From: an uncultured Oscillibacter sp.
Lineage (GTDB): Bacteria; Bacillota; Clostridia; Oscillospirales; Oscillospiraceae
Reading direction: 5' to 3'
Assembly (NCBI GenBank): GCA_910585385.1
Contig: CAJUDV010000010.1
Span: forward strand, 962 to 64,961
Length of the DNA stretch: 64,000 bases
How positions within the stretch are numbered: position 1 is the first letter of the stretch; every line of letters begins with the position of its first letter. The notes below the pieces were generated by a model that ran no database searches, was not told the DNA's origin, and was given only the letters and a program-made list of their open reading frames with translations. The position numbers and the translations under genes were made by a program. Shown here in pieces: positions 44,115 to 53,700 of this stretch.

Positions 44115-46571
44115 ATGAAAAAGAGAGCCATCCCGCAGCAGGCGAAACCTGCCCGCCGGGACATGCCCCGCCTGGAGCCCGCGGCGGACAGGGGGCTCAC
44201 CTCCGCCCAGGCCCGGGAGCTGGCGGAGGCGGGGTGGGACAATCGCCCGGCGGAGTCCCCCACCAAGTCCGACCGGCAGATCATCCGGGAGAACCTTCTC
44301 ACCTACTTCAACCTCATCTTCGTGGTGCTGGCGGCCTGCCTGCTGCTGGTGGGGGACTGGAAGGACATGACCTTCCTCTTCATCGTGGCGGCCAACGCCG
44401 TCATCGGCATCGTCCAGCAGCTGCGCTCCAAGCGGACCATTGAAAAGCTGTCCCTGCTGTCCTCCGCCAGGGTCCGGGTGGTGCGGGACGGCAAGGTCTC
44501 AGAGCTGCCGGTGGACCAGCTGGTACGGGGGGATGTCGTCGAGCTCACCGCTGGGTGCCAGATCCCCGCCGACGGGCCGGTGCTCACCGGCCAGGCCCAG
44601 GTGAACGAGGCCCTCATCACCGGCGAGGCGGACGCCATCGCCAAGGGGACGGGGGACGGTCTCCGCTCCGGCAGTTTCGTCATCTCCGGCAAGTGCCGGG
44701 CCCGGATGGACCAGGTGGGGGCGGACTCCTACGCCGCCAAGCTGACCCTGGCCGCCAAAAAGGACGCCGGCCCCGGCAAGAGCGAGATGATGCGCTCCCT
44801 GGACCATCTGATCCGCTTCATCGGCGTGGCGCTGATCCCCATCGGCGCCGCCCTGTTTTACACCCAGTTCGTCACCCAGGACCTGGGGCTGCGGCAGTCG
44901 GTGGTGTCCACCGTGGCGGCCCTCATCGGCATGATCCCAGAGGGGCTGTTCCTCCTCACCAGCGTGGCCCTGGCGGTGAGCGTGGTGCGGCTGGCCCGGA
45001 ATCGGACGCTGATCCACGAGATGAACGCCATCGAGACCCTGGCCCGGGTGGACGTGCTGTGCGTGGACAAGACCGGCACCGTCACCTGCCCCCAGATGCA
45101 GGTGCGGGAGGTGGCGCTCCTGGACGCCGCCGCCTGGACGGAGGCGGACATCGCCGACACCCTGGGGGCCTTCTACCGCTGTATGGAGCCGGACAACGAC
45201 ACCGCCCGGGCCATCGCGGAGAAGTTCTCCTACGGTCCCGCCTGGCCCAGCCGGGAGACGGTGCCCTTCTCCTCGGCCGCCAAGTGGAGCGCCGTCAACT
45301 TCGCGGGCCGGGGGGCCTATGTCATCGGCGCGCCGGAGTACGTGCTGGGCAGTGAGCTGGAGCCCCTGAAAGACCGCATCCGGACCTACACGGAGCAGGG
45401 CTGCCGGGTGCTGCTGCTGGCCCAGTGTGACAGGGCGGAGGAGGGCCGTCTCCACGGCCTGGTGCTGCCCATGGCCCTGCTGGTGCTGGAGAACCCCTTG
45501 CGGCCCGGGGCCGCCAGGACCTTCGCCTATTTCCACGACCAGGGGGTGGACGTCAAGGTCATCTCCGGCGACGAGCCGGTGACGGTCTCCGCCATCGCAA
45601 GCCAGGCGGGCATCCAAAATGCGGAGCGCTGGGTGGACGCCCGGGAGCTGAAAACCGACGCCGACATCGCCCAGGCGGTGCGGCAGTACACGGTGTTTGG
45701 CCGGGTGGCGCCCAACCAGAAGCGGAAAATCGTCCGGGCCCTCCAGAGTCAGGGCCACACCGTGGCCATGACCGGCGACGGCGTCAACGACGTGCTGGCC
45801 CTGAAGGACGCGGACTGCGGCGTGGCCATGGCCTCCGGGGCGGACGCCGCCTGCCAGGTGGCCCAGTTGGTGCTGCTGGACAGCGACTTTGCCGCCATGC
45901 CCAAGGTGGTGGCGGAGGGGCGCCGGGTCATCAACAACATCCAGCGGGCCTCGGCGCTGTACCTGGTGAAAAACATCCTCTCCTTTTTTCTGGCCATCAT
46001 CACGCTGTTCGCCGACTTCCCCTATCCCTTCATCCCCATCCAGCTGACGCTGATCTCCTCCCTCACCATCGGCATTCCCTCCTTCTTCCTGGCTCTGGAG
46101 CCCAACCACGATCTGGTCCAGGGGAAGTTCCTCCACAACGTGTTCCGCAAGTCCTTCCCCGGCGGGCTGACGGCTATCTTCGTGGTGCTGTTCGCGGAGC
46201 TGTTTGTCTACGCCCTGGGACTGGAGCTCCAGGAGCTGTCCACCATCTGCGTGGTGATCATGTCCATCAACTGTCTGACGGTGATCTACTACGCCGCCCG
46301 GCCCATGGACCGCAAGCGCACCGTGATGCTCTCAGCCATGAGCGTCGCCATGGTGGCGGCAGTGGTGTTCTTTGGGGACGTGTTCTCCCTGTCCCTCCCG
46401 GGGCTGTCCTTTGCCGGATGGCTGGTGCTGGCCGCCATGGCGCTGCTGGTGGTTCCCGTCCAGATGCTGCTGGAGCGGCTGTTCGACAGGTGCAGCGTCT
46501 TCCTGGCCCGCCGGACCAAGGGAAAAAACAGGCGCAGGGAGAGCCGCCGTGGCCCCTCCCGCGGAAGATAG
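44115..46571 (+). CDS. cation-translocating P-type ATPase (P2/HAD-IC type)
   Basis: ITGEADA, CVDKTGTVT (phospho-Asp), MTGDGVNDVLALKDAD. About 10 TM segments. Confidence 0.9.
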   Translation: MKKRAIPQQAKPARRDMPRLEPAADRGLTSAQARELAEAGWDNRPAESPTKSDRQIIRENLLTYFNLIFVVLAACLLLVGDWKDMTFLFIVAANAVIGIVQQLRSKRTIEKLSLLSSARVRVVRDGKVSELPVDQLVRGDVVELTAGCQIPADGPVLTGQAQVNEALITGEADAIAKGTGDGLRSGSFVISGKCRARMDQVGADSYAAKLTLAAKKDAGPGKSEMMRSLDHLIRFIGVALIPIGAALFYTQFVTQDLGLRQSVVSTVAALIGMIPEGLFLLTSVALAVSVVRLARNRTLIHEMNAIETLARVDVLCVDKTGTVTCPQMQVREVALLDAAAWTEADIADTLGAFYRCMEPDNDTARAIAEKFSYGPAWPSRETVPFSSAAKWSAVNFAGRGAYVIGAPEYVLGSELEPLKDRIRTYTEQGCRVLLLAQCDRAEEGRLHGLVLPMALLVLENPLRPGAARTFAYFHDQGVDVKVISGDEPVTVSAIASQAGIQNAERWVDARELKTDADIAQAVRQYTVFGRVAPNQKRKIVRALQSQGHTVAMTGDGVNDVLALKDADCGVAMASGADAACQVAQLVLLDSDFAAMPKVVAEGRRVINNIQRASALYLVKNILSFFLAIITLFADFPYPFIPIQLTLISSLTIGIPSFFLALEPNHDLVQGKFLHNVFRKSFPGGLTAIFVVLFAELFVYALGLELQELSTICVVIMSINCLTVIYYAARPMDRKRTVMLSAMSVAMVAAVVFFGDVFSLSLPGLSFAGWLVLAAMALLVVPVQMLLERLFDRCSVFLARRTKGKNRRRESRRGPSRGR

Positions 46572-46638
46572 CACGGCCGTGCGTTGAATGAGCGGCCCCA
46601 TCCCAGGCGGGGCCTCCTCTCTCCCTGGAAAAGCAGAA

Positions 46639-46674
46639 GCGCCCGCCGTCCGGTTTTGGACGGCGGGCGCTTTA
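46639..46674. terminator. bidirectional terminator
   Basis: GCGCCCGCCGTCC-ggtttt-GGACGGCGGGCGC then TTTAT. Confidence 0.7.
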
Positions 46675-46838
46675 TACAGCCGCCGCAGGGGCCGCAAAGC
46701 GGCTATGCGGTGGACTTTATAATTGGGAAACACCGGGCGCGTTTCATCCGCCGGCGGGCTCCCACGCCTTGAGAGCCGGTAAGCGGTTTTCAACCGGACA
46801 TATCGGGAGAGACCGCGTGATGATGAGACAAGCGGAAA

Positions 46839-48239
46839 TCAGCCGATGCCGCCCAGCATGGCGCCGGCCACCAGGGCGATGACGCACATGGCGATAAACA
46901 GGTACCCCAAGTACTCAAACCATTTGCCCACAGGTTTCTTTGCGCCGTGGTTGACCTCCTCCAGGGCCTCCTTACGGGGCAGGACGATGAAGAACATGAC
47001 GGCGGCCAAGCCAGCCCCCAGGGGGCAGATGTAGATGGAGACGATGTCCATCCACTGGGAGGTATAGGGCTGAATCAGCAGGGCAACTACAGCGCCAGCC
47101 ACGCCGACAACGCCCACAGCGGGGAGCCGCTTCAGCTTGAATCGCTCCTGCATGGTGGCCACAGGGGCCTCATACAGGTTGATAATGGAGCTGATGCCGG
47201 CGAAAAGAACAGCCACATAGAAGATGATGCCGATGACCCTGCCGCCGGGCATTCCGTTGAGGATGTTGACCAGGTATACAAACATCAGGCCGGGTCCGGG
47301 GTCGATGTTCCCCATGGCAAAGCCGCTGGCCCCAATGGCAGGGATAATGACAAAGGCGGCCAGCAGGGCGGCGATGGTGTCAAACAGGGCCACGCGGCGG
47401 GCGGAGGTGGGGATGTCCTCATCCTTTGGCAGATAGGAGCCGTAGATGACGGAGCCGTTGCCCGCCACAGACAGGGAGAAGAACGCCTGACCAAAGGCGT
47501 AAATCCAGACAGACGGATTCAGCAGGCCTCTGGGGTCCAGCGTGAACAGGAATTGATAGCCCTCGGAAGCGCCGGGCTGGAACCCGATATACACCGCCAG
47601 GATGACAAACAGGCCAAACAGCATGGGCATCATGATTTTGTTGGCCTTCTCAATGCCGTTGGCCACGCCCATGGCCATGATGACCAGAGCCGCCGCCAGA
47701 CCAATCACCAGCCACACGCTGTTGCCCACGCCGAAGATACCGCCCCGGACCATCATGCCCACGGCCTCGCCGATGGTCTCGGCTCCGGGGGCGGCGGCGT
47801 CAAAGGCGGGCCCGATCCGGGACATATCCTGCCCCATCGCGTACAGGCCGCCGGAGAGGGATAAAAAGGTATACTTGAAAATCCAGCTCATAACCACCGT
47901 GTAGCCAATGGCCATCATCAGAGAGCCGACGATGGGGATGACGCCAATGAGCTGCCCCAGCTTCCGATTGCCGTTTCTCGCCGCTGTGGCGTGGCCGAAG
48001 GCGTCCATGGGCCCCGCCTGGGCCCGGCGGCCCAGGGCAAACTCCTCCATGATGCCGGAGTTGCCCACCAGGAGGACAATGATGCAATAGGGGATCAAAA
48101 AAGTCAGGCCGCCCCAGCGGGCCACCATGATGGGAAATCTCCAGATGTTGCCCATGCCCACGGCGGAGCCGATACAGGCCAGCGTAAATCCCCACTGGCC
48201 CCGAAACCCATCCCGGGGCCGCAACGTCTTGTCACTCAT
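46839..48239 (-). CDS. sodium-dependent transporter (neurotransmitter:sodium symporter, NSS/SNF family)
   Basis: RGQWGFTLACIGSAVGMGNIWRFP is the NSS TM1 signature. ATG 48239 follows AGAAGAGGA (the track ORF starts at TTG 48245). Confidence 0.88.
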   Translation of the reverse strand: MSDKTLRPRDGFRGQWGFTLACIGSAVGMGNIWRFPIMVARWGGLTFLIPYCIIVLLVGNSGIMEEFALGRRAQAGPMDAFGHATAARNGNRKLGQLIGVIPIVGSLMMAIGYTVVMSWIFKYTFLSLSGGLYAMGQDMSRIGPAFDAAAPGAETIGEAVGMMVRGGIFGVGNSVWLVIGLAAALVIMAMGVANGIEKANKIMMPMLFGLFVILAVYIGFQPGASEGYQFLFTLDPRGLLNPSVWIYAFGQAFFSLSVAGNGSVIYGSYLPKDEDIPTSARRVALFDTIAALLAAFVIIPAIGASGFAMGNIDPGPGLMFVYLVNILNGMPGGRVIGIIFYVAVLFAGISSIINLYEAPVATMQERFKLKRLPAVGVVGVAGAVVALLIQPYTSQWMDIVSIYICPLGAGLAAVMFFIVLPRKEALEEVNHGAKKPVGKWFEYLGYLFIAMCVIALVAGAMLGGIG

Positions 48240-48620
48240 ACTCAATCCTCTTCTTTCTCAGAACCTGTATTCATAACCGGGGGATGCGGGATGTCCGCGG
48301 ATTTTTGCTGTCAGACCAGGGGATTTTCCCCAGGCATCCTGACGGATGGCAAGAAAAATCGACGCAGTATGACGGCAAAAAGACCGGCCGGACCGTATTC
48401 AACGGTTGTGAATACAGATTCTCAATCGCACTTCGCGGTATTCCCGCCACGCTCCTGGGATCTCCCATCTGGAAGAAATTGGATGCACTCAAAATAGCGC
48501 AGACGGCGCCCGTGAAAAAATTCGATGTTCACGGACGCCGCCTGTCTGTTTCAAGAGGTCCCCTCCAACACCCCGCGCAGCAGTCGCGGCGCTCTCGGAA
48601 CGGAACCGCCTATTCCCGTG

Positions 48621-48998
48621 TCACAGCGCCGCGATGACCTCGATCTCCACCAGGGCGTCCTTGGGCAGGCGGGCCACCTCCACGGCGGAGCGGGCGGGGA
48701 AGCTGCCCTCGGTAAAGAAGGCGGCGTACACCTCGTTCATGGCACCGAAGTTGTTCATGTCGCTGAGGAACACCGTGGTCTTCAGCACATCGTCCATGGT
48801 GAGGCCGGCTTCCTCCAAAATGGCCTTGACATTGGTCAGAGACTGGCGCGTCTGGGCCTGGATGCCCTCAGGAAACGCGCCGGTGGCGGGATCAATGGGC
48901 AGCTGGCCGGAGGTGATGACAAGACCGCTGGTCTTGACGGCCTGTGCGTAGGGGCCGATGGCCGCCGGGGCCTTGTCTGTGCTGATAATGGCTTTCAT
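48621..48998 (-). CDS. ridA: RidA family reactive-intermediate (enamine/imine) deaminase
   Basis: APAAIGPYAQAV...TSGQLPIDPATG...VFLSDMNNF...PARSAVEVARLP. RBS GAGGAGG. Confidence 0.9.
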   Translation of the reverse strand: MKAIISTDKAPAAIGPYAQAVKTSGLVITSGQLPIDPATGAFPEGIQAQTRQSLTNVKAILEEAGLTMDDVLKTTVFLSDMNNFGAMNEVYAAFFTEGSFPARSAVEVARLPKDALVEIEVIAAL

Positions 48999-49471
48999 AA
49001 CGTAGTCCTCCTCATAAAAATACAGTTCACCCGCGATTGCGCCCTTTCAGCCAGCGGCGCCGGCAGGCAAAACACGCGGGTTTCTTAGGGCCTGTTGGCA
49101 TAAGGCAATGCGCGGAGATCCTCGGGGAACCCTTTGCCGGACACCAAGGAAGCATTGGCAAACGCGCTGAGATACACCAAAATTTTTAATGCGGCGGCCG
49201 GTATAATCCGCCGCCCCCTGCGTCCCGGCTTATGTGAACAGGCTCTAAAATAGCTGGCGCATTGGACCGCACGCGGTGCGGAGTTAAGAAAATCGCTTTG
49301 ATTCCCACAATTGTGCCAGCCATAATATGAGATGATTTTATCAGAATTAAAAAATATTGTCAACGGATATGACGGGATCTATACGAACAACTATTTTTAT
49401 CATCAAAATTTTTATCTTCAGCATAAATAAAATCGGGAATTGAAAAATTTTCAAGCTGAGAAAAATTTCTT

Positions 49472-49500
49472 TTGACAGGTCGGGAGCCGGGTAATATAAT
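49472..49500 (+). promoter_or_regulatory. consensus sigma-70 promoter
   Basis: TTGACA (49472-49477), 17 nt, TATAAT (49495-49500), preceded by a long AT-rich tract. Confidence 0.65.
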
Positions 49501-49572
49501 AGTATCAATACACGCCAGCAGGAAAACCGGATGAGAATTGCCCGCGTCCACGCGGGCGGAAGGGGGAGCCGT

Positions 49573-50265
49573 ATGCCCAACGTTCCCAACGCGCTGCTGC
49601 AGCAATATGTAAAGCTGACGGAATTTTTAGGCGTGGCGCTGGGGCCGGACTACGAGGTGGCCCTCCACGACCTGACGGATAAAAACCGCTCCATCATCGC
49701 CATTGCCAATGGCCACATCAGCGGGCGGGAGATCGGCGCGCCGCTGACCAATGTGGCCCTCAGCATCCTCATGGACAGAAGCTATGAGACCCAGGATTAC
49801 CGCCTGCACTACTCCGGCGTCTCCGCCAGCGGCAAGCAGCTGCGCTCGTGCACCATGTTCATCAAGCAGAACGGACGGCTCATCGGCATGCTCTGCATCA
49901 ACTTCGACGACAGCCGCTACCTGACCCTCAGCCGGCAGATTCTGCACCTGTGCCACCCGGACCACTTTGCCCGGCAGCTGGTCCAGTCTGAGGAGTCCGG
50001 CGGCACGCCGCCCCTGTCTTCCCCCCACCGGCCGGAAACCTTCCGCAACTCCACGGAGGCCGTGGCTCTGGACGCCATCCACCACGAATTGAACCGGCTG
50101 GGAATATCGGCGGAGCGGCTGACCTCCGACGAGCGCCTCCAGATCATCAGCGCGCTGGAAGAGAGCGGCATCTTTCTGCTAAAGGGCTCCGTAAAGGACG
50201 TGGCGGCAGGACTGCGCTGTTCTCAGGCCAGTGTGTACCGCTATCTGGCACAGATCAAAAAATGA
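49573..50265 (+). CDS. YheO-like PAS + HTH transcriptional regulator
   Basis: LTEFLGVALGPDYEVALHDL...SIIAIANGHISGR (YheO-like PAS), with C-terminus VAAGLRCSQASVYRYL (HTH). ATG 49573 follows GAAGGGGGAG. Confidence 0.75.
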   Translation: MPNVPNALLQQYVKLTEFLGVALGPDYEVALHDLTDKNRSIIAIANGHISGREIGAPLTNVALSILMDRSYETQDYRLHYSGVSASGKQLRSCTMFIKQNGRLIGMLCINFDDSRYLTLSRQILHLCHPDHFARQLVQSEESGGTPPLSSPHRPETFRNSTEAVALDAIHHELNRLGISAERLTSDERLQIISALEESGIFLLKGSVKDVAAGLRCSQASVYRYLAQIKK

Positions 50266-50350
50266 CCGTCGGGACGCGCCGGCGGCGGCCCTTTCCCGGG
50301 GCACCGGGGCACGGCGGCGGCGGAAAACGGCGTAGGCGCACCAGGACCAT

Positions 50351-50400
50351 AAAAAAGATTCCCCCTTCGGACTGCCCGAAAGAGGGAATCTTCTTTTTTA
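50351..50400. terminator. bidirectional terminator
   Basis: AAAAAAGATTCCC...GGGAATCTTCTTTTTT with an inner CCTTCGG/CCGAAAG stem. Confidence 0.7.
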
Positions 50401-50405
50401 TGAAA

Positions 50406-51173
50406 TTACAGCTGCTTGACGGTGTAGTACACCGCCAGGGCGAAGACCACCACAGCCAGAATCCACATGGCGTAGTAGGCAATATTGAGGCTGACCAGTG
50501 CCGCCGCCACAGCCACGGCAGAAAGGCCGCAGGCGGTGTAGATGGGCAGCAGATCAGCGTCGGCGGGCAGAACGCGGAGCCTGCCCAGCTTCCCGCCATT
50601 GCGGCTGGCCCTGCGGGCCAGAAACGCCGCGGCGGCCAGCAGCACCAGAAAGAGCACGGCAATCACCCGCATCAGGGTTCCGTAGTAAATGTTTGGGAAC
50701 ATCCTGCGGCAGACCCAGAGAAAGATCAGAGACACGCCTAAAACCGTCAAGGCCACGGCGCACTCCCGGTCATAGAGACTCCAGAGGATGGCCAGCAGCA
50801 TCACCACGGGGACCACCACGGACAGCAGCGTCACCACAGGGGCGTTCAGGGCCCGGATCAGCAGGGCGGAGACCATCAGGAAAGCGCCGCCTCCGGCGGC
50901 GTACCAGCCGATCTCCCGCTTTTTTGTGTCGGCTTTCCACATGGCGCTGAGGAAGATCCCCAGGATGAGGATAACCGCACCCAAGCCCGCCAAAATCCAG
51001 AGGTACCGGTCATACCAGTTGATCTGCTGCTGGGCGTTTCCGTTGACATAACAGCGGCGGACCACCAGGAGATACAGTTCGGCCACGCAGCCGGCCAGGA
51101 AAAACTTCATAGAGCCGGTCATGGGCTCGTCCCGCTTGACCGGTTTAGAGCGATGATTGGGATTTTTAGGCAT
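50406..51173 (-). CDS. polytopic hypothetical membrane protein
   Basis: About 7 hydrophobic segments in a GC3-rich frame. No family recognised. Confidence 0.6.
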   Translation of the reverse strand: MPKNPNHRSKPVKRDEPMTGSMKFFLAGCVAELYLLVVRRCYVNGNAQQQINWYDRYLWILAGLGAVILILGIFLSAMWKADTKKREIGWYAAGGGAFLMVSALLIRALNAPVVTLLSVVVPVVMLLAILWSLYDRECAVALTVLGVSLIFLWVCRRMFPNIYYGTLMRVIAVLFLVLLAAAAFLARRASRNGGKLGRLRVLPADADLLPIYTACGLSAVAVAAALVSLNIAYYAMWILAVVVFALAVYYTVKQL

Positions 51174-51329
51174 TTATTAGGACCTCCAGGGAGTTTTTTC
51201 TTTCTGATCATGCCCGCGGGAAGACTCTCCCGCCAACATACCCGAATAGTATAACAGGTTTTTCTTCGATTTGCAAGGGTAAAAGTGTTAAGCCGCGCCA
51301 GATTTTTGCCGCGCCCCGGGAATCAGTGG

Positions 51330-51358
51330 TTGAGAAACGGCGGCGGACGTGCTATAAT
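51330..51358 (+). promoter_or_regulatory. promoter candidate upstream of the apbE cluster
   Basis: TTGAGA (51330-51335), 17 nt, TGc-TATAAT (51350-51358). Confidence 0.5.
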
Positions 51359-51471
51359 GCAATCACATTTTATAGTATGCCAGTTATTTTGTTTATCATG
51401 ATACGATCAACGGGCCTGAAAACGCAGGCCGCGTTTTCAGGCGGCAGAACAGCGGCCCGTCCCGGGCTCTA

Positions 51472-51560
51472 TTAGGCCTTGTTTGAAAAATGTCAAAACG
51501 CCCAAACGACGGACCTTTTTTCGCCGCTGGGCATTCCGCCATTTATCTAACAAGACCTAA
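51472..51560. repeat. 89-bp copy of the intergenic inverted-repeat element family
   Basis: The left arm TTAGGCCTTGTTTGAAAAATGTCAAAA is the reverse complement of 60791-60817 (27/27). The right arm is GGCATTCCGCCATTTATCTAACAAGACCTAA. Confidence 0.7.
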
Positions 51561-51601
51561 AAAAATTCTCCTGAAACGCTAAAAAATTCTCCTGAAACGC
51601 T
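51560..51601 (+). repeat. perfect 2 x 21-nt tandem direct repeat
   Basis: AAAAAATTCTCCTGAAACGCT occurs twice, followed by CGCTTTGAC x2, 40 nt upstream of the apbE ATG. Confidence 0.85.
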
Positions 51602-51640
51602 TTGACCCGCTTTGACTATAAACAAAAATCGAGGGATCAT

Positions 51641-52732
51641 ATGAGACGTTTTATCAGCATCACATTGGGCCTGGCCCTGCTCCTCAGCCTGACGGCCTGC
51701 TTCGGCCCCCCGGTGGACCCGGACACGGTGCAGGAGAGCATCCAGGTCATCGCCATGGACACGGCCATGGTCATCTCCACCTACGGCAGCCGGAGCACCG
51801 CCGCTGCCTACGCCTCGGAGGATCTGATCCGGGAGCTGGAGGCGCAGCTCTCCCGGACGGAGGAAAACAGCGACATCTCCCGGCTTAACGCCGCCGGGGG
51901 AGAGACCGTGGAGGTGGGCTGGGACGCATACTGCCTTCTCGACAAGGCGGCCCTTTTTAACGCCGAGACCGGCGGAGCGTTCAACATCGCCATCGCCCCC
52001 GTGGTCTCCGCCTGGGGCTTCACCACCGACAGCTTCCAGGTCCCCTCCCAAGCGGAGCTGGACCTGCTTCTACCGCTGACAGACCCCAGAGGCGTCTCCC
52101 CGGCGCGGCTGGACGACATGAAATTCACCGCCTCTTTAGAGCCCGGACAGTCCGTGGACCTGGGGGGCATCGCCAAGGGGTACGCCGCCGACAAGCTGGC
52201 GGACCTCTTTGTGGAGTATGAGATTCCCCGGGCCATGGCCCAGCTGGGGGGCAACGTGCTGGCCTGGGGCGACCGGCCCGACGGCACGGCCTGGCGGGTG
52301 GGCGTCCAGGACCCCGCCCGGCCCGACGAGCAGAACGCCTTTGCGGGCATCCTGAACCTGAAAAACGCCTTTGCCGTCACCTCCGGGGGCTATCAGCGGT
52401 ACTTTGAGGAGGGCGGAAAAACCTACCACCACATCATTGATCCCGCCACAGGGTACCCGGCGGACAGCGATTTGACCTCCGTCACCGTGGTGGCGGAGGC
52501 GGACGTCCTCCAGAAAAACGGCGTCATGTGCGACGCCTACTCCACCGGATTGTTTATCATGGGGGAGGAAGAGGCCCTGCGCTTCTGGCGAAACCACCGG
52601 CAGCAGAGCCAGGAAAACGCCTTCGAGCTGGTCCTGGTGACGGAGGACGGCCGGGTGGTGGTCACCCAGGGACTGGCGGAGTCCTTTACACCGGATGAGG
52701 GGAGCGGATATACCCTTGAGATCGTCTCCTAA
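51641..52732 (+). CDS. apbE: FAD:protein FMN transferase (ApbE family) lipoprotein
   Basis: MRRFISITLGLALLLSLTAC lipobox. FNIAIAPVVSAWGF, DLGGIAKGYAAD and YHHIIDPATGYP. Confidence 0.88.
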   Translation: MRRFISITLGLALLLSLTACFGPPVDPDTVQESIQVIAMDTAMVISTYGSRSTAAAYASEDLIRELEAQLSRTEENSDISRLNAAGGETVEVGWDAYCLLDKAALFNAETGGAFNIAIAPVVSAWGFTTDSFQVPSQAELDLLLPLTDPRGVSPARLDDMKFTASLEPGQSVDLGGIAKGYAADKLADLFVEYEIPRAMAQLGGNVLAWGDRPDGTAWRVGVQDPARPDEQNAFAGILNLKNAFAVTSGGYQRYFEEGGKTYHHIIDPATGYPADSDLTSVTVVAEADVLQKNGVMCDAYSTGLFIMGEEEALRFWRNHRQQSQENAFELVLVTEDGRVVVTQGLAESFTPDEGSGYTLEIVS

Positions 52733-53168
52733 GCTGCGTCCCAACGGCTGGGACGCCCTGGTGATCCTGCTGGTGCTGGCCCTGGCCGCGGGCGGCGCCC
52801 TGGCGGTCTGGGGGGGCGGCAGGACAGAGACGGGACCTGAAACAGCGGTGGTCACTATAGACGGCCAGGAGGCGGACCGCTTTCCGCCGGAAGACCTGCT
52901 GGAAAACCCCAGGACCTATACCAGCAACGGCTACACCCTGACTGTGGCGTATGGCATCGACTACGAGGACCCGGCCCTGAACACGCCGTCCCCCTCCGGG
53001 AAGTCCGGTCTCTATGTGACCGCCTCTGACTGCCCCACCCAGGACTGCGTCCGCACCGGGATCATCACCCGGAGCGGACAGAGCATTGTGTGTCTCCCGG
53101 CCCGGATCATCATCCAGCTGACCGGGGCGGAACCAGAGCCCGGCGCCGTGGACGCCGTGGTGGGATAG
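52695..53168 (+). CDS. NusG domain II-containing membrane-anchored protein
   Basis: TM anchor WDALVILLVLALAAGGALAV. C-terminus CPTQDCVRTGIITRSGQSIVCLPARIII is the NusG-II zinc-ribbon-like motif. Start is uncertain (ATG 52695 or TTG about 52716) and overlaps the apbE end. Confidence 0.65.
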   Translation: MRGADIPLRSSPKLRPNGWDALVILLVLALAAGGALAVWGGGRTETGPETAVVTIDGQEADRFPPEDLLENPRTYTSNGYTLTVAYGIDYEDPALNTPSPSGKSGLYVTASDCPTQDCVRTGIITRSGQSIVCLPARIIIQLTGAEPEPGAVDAVVG

Positions 53169-53178
53169 GAGGCAGCGG

Positions 53179-53697
53179 ATGAAACTGACTACAAAGCAGC
53201 TGACCCTCTGCGCCGTGCTGACGGCCCTGGCCCTGGCCCTGAGCTACCTGGAAAATCTCTTCCCCCTGGCCCTGGCCATCCCTATTCCCGGGGTGAAGCT
53301 GGGCCTTGCCAACATCGTGACGGTGTTTGCTTTATACACCCTGGGGCCCTCCCAGGCGCTGATGATTCTCACCGCCCGGTGCCTGCTGGGGGCCATGTTC
53401 GCCGGGAACGTGAACGCGCTGCTGTTCTCCCTGCTGGGGGGATTTGCCGCCATGCTGGCCATGATTGTTCTGGTCCGGCTGGGGAAATTTTCCGTCTACG
53501 GCGTGTCCGTGGGCGGAGCGGCGGCCCACAACTGCGGGCAGATGGCCGCGGCGGTGCTGACCCTGGGAAACACCGCGCCGCTTTTCTATCTGCCCATTCT
53601 GCTGGCGGTGTCCCTGATAACGGGAACCCTGACAGGGCTGGTTGCCGGGTGCCTCTTTCAGGGGCTGGAGCACACAAACCTGCGGAATCTCATATAA
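53179..53697 (+). CDS. Gx transporter family protein (Hpre_diP_synt_I-like)
   Basis: LTLCAVLTALALALSYLENLFPLALAIPIPGVKLGLANIVTVFALY. RBS AGGAGG. Confidence 0.75.
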   Translation: MKLTTKQLTLCAVLTALALALSYLENLFPLALAIPIPGVKLGLANIVTVFALYTLGPSQALMILTARCLLGAMFAGNVNALLFSLLGGFAAMLAMIVLVRLGKFSVYGVSVGGAAAHNCGQMAAAVLTLGNTAPLFYLPILLAVSLITGTLTGLVAGCLFQGLEHTNLRNLI

Positions 53698-53700
53698 GGA

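Noticed and set aside
48240-48620. T-box upstream of the NSS transporter
   Set aside because: GTGGCGGGAATACCGCG only loosely resembles the T-box sequence. I found no stem I/AG-bulge/specifier arrangement and no convincing terminator. It is reported instead as an unclassified leader.
49085-49363. A 92-aa minus-strand ORF in the ridA/yheO spacer
   Set aside because: It has no RBS, mixed composition spanning AT-rich and GC-rich DNA, and no recognisable motif.
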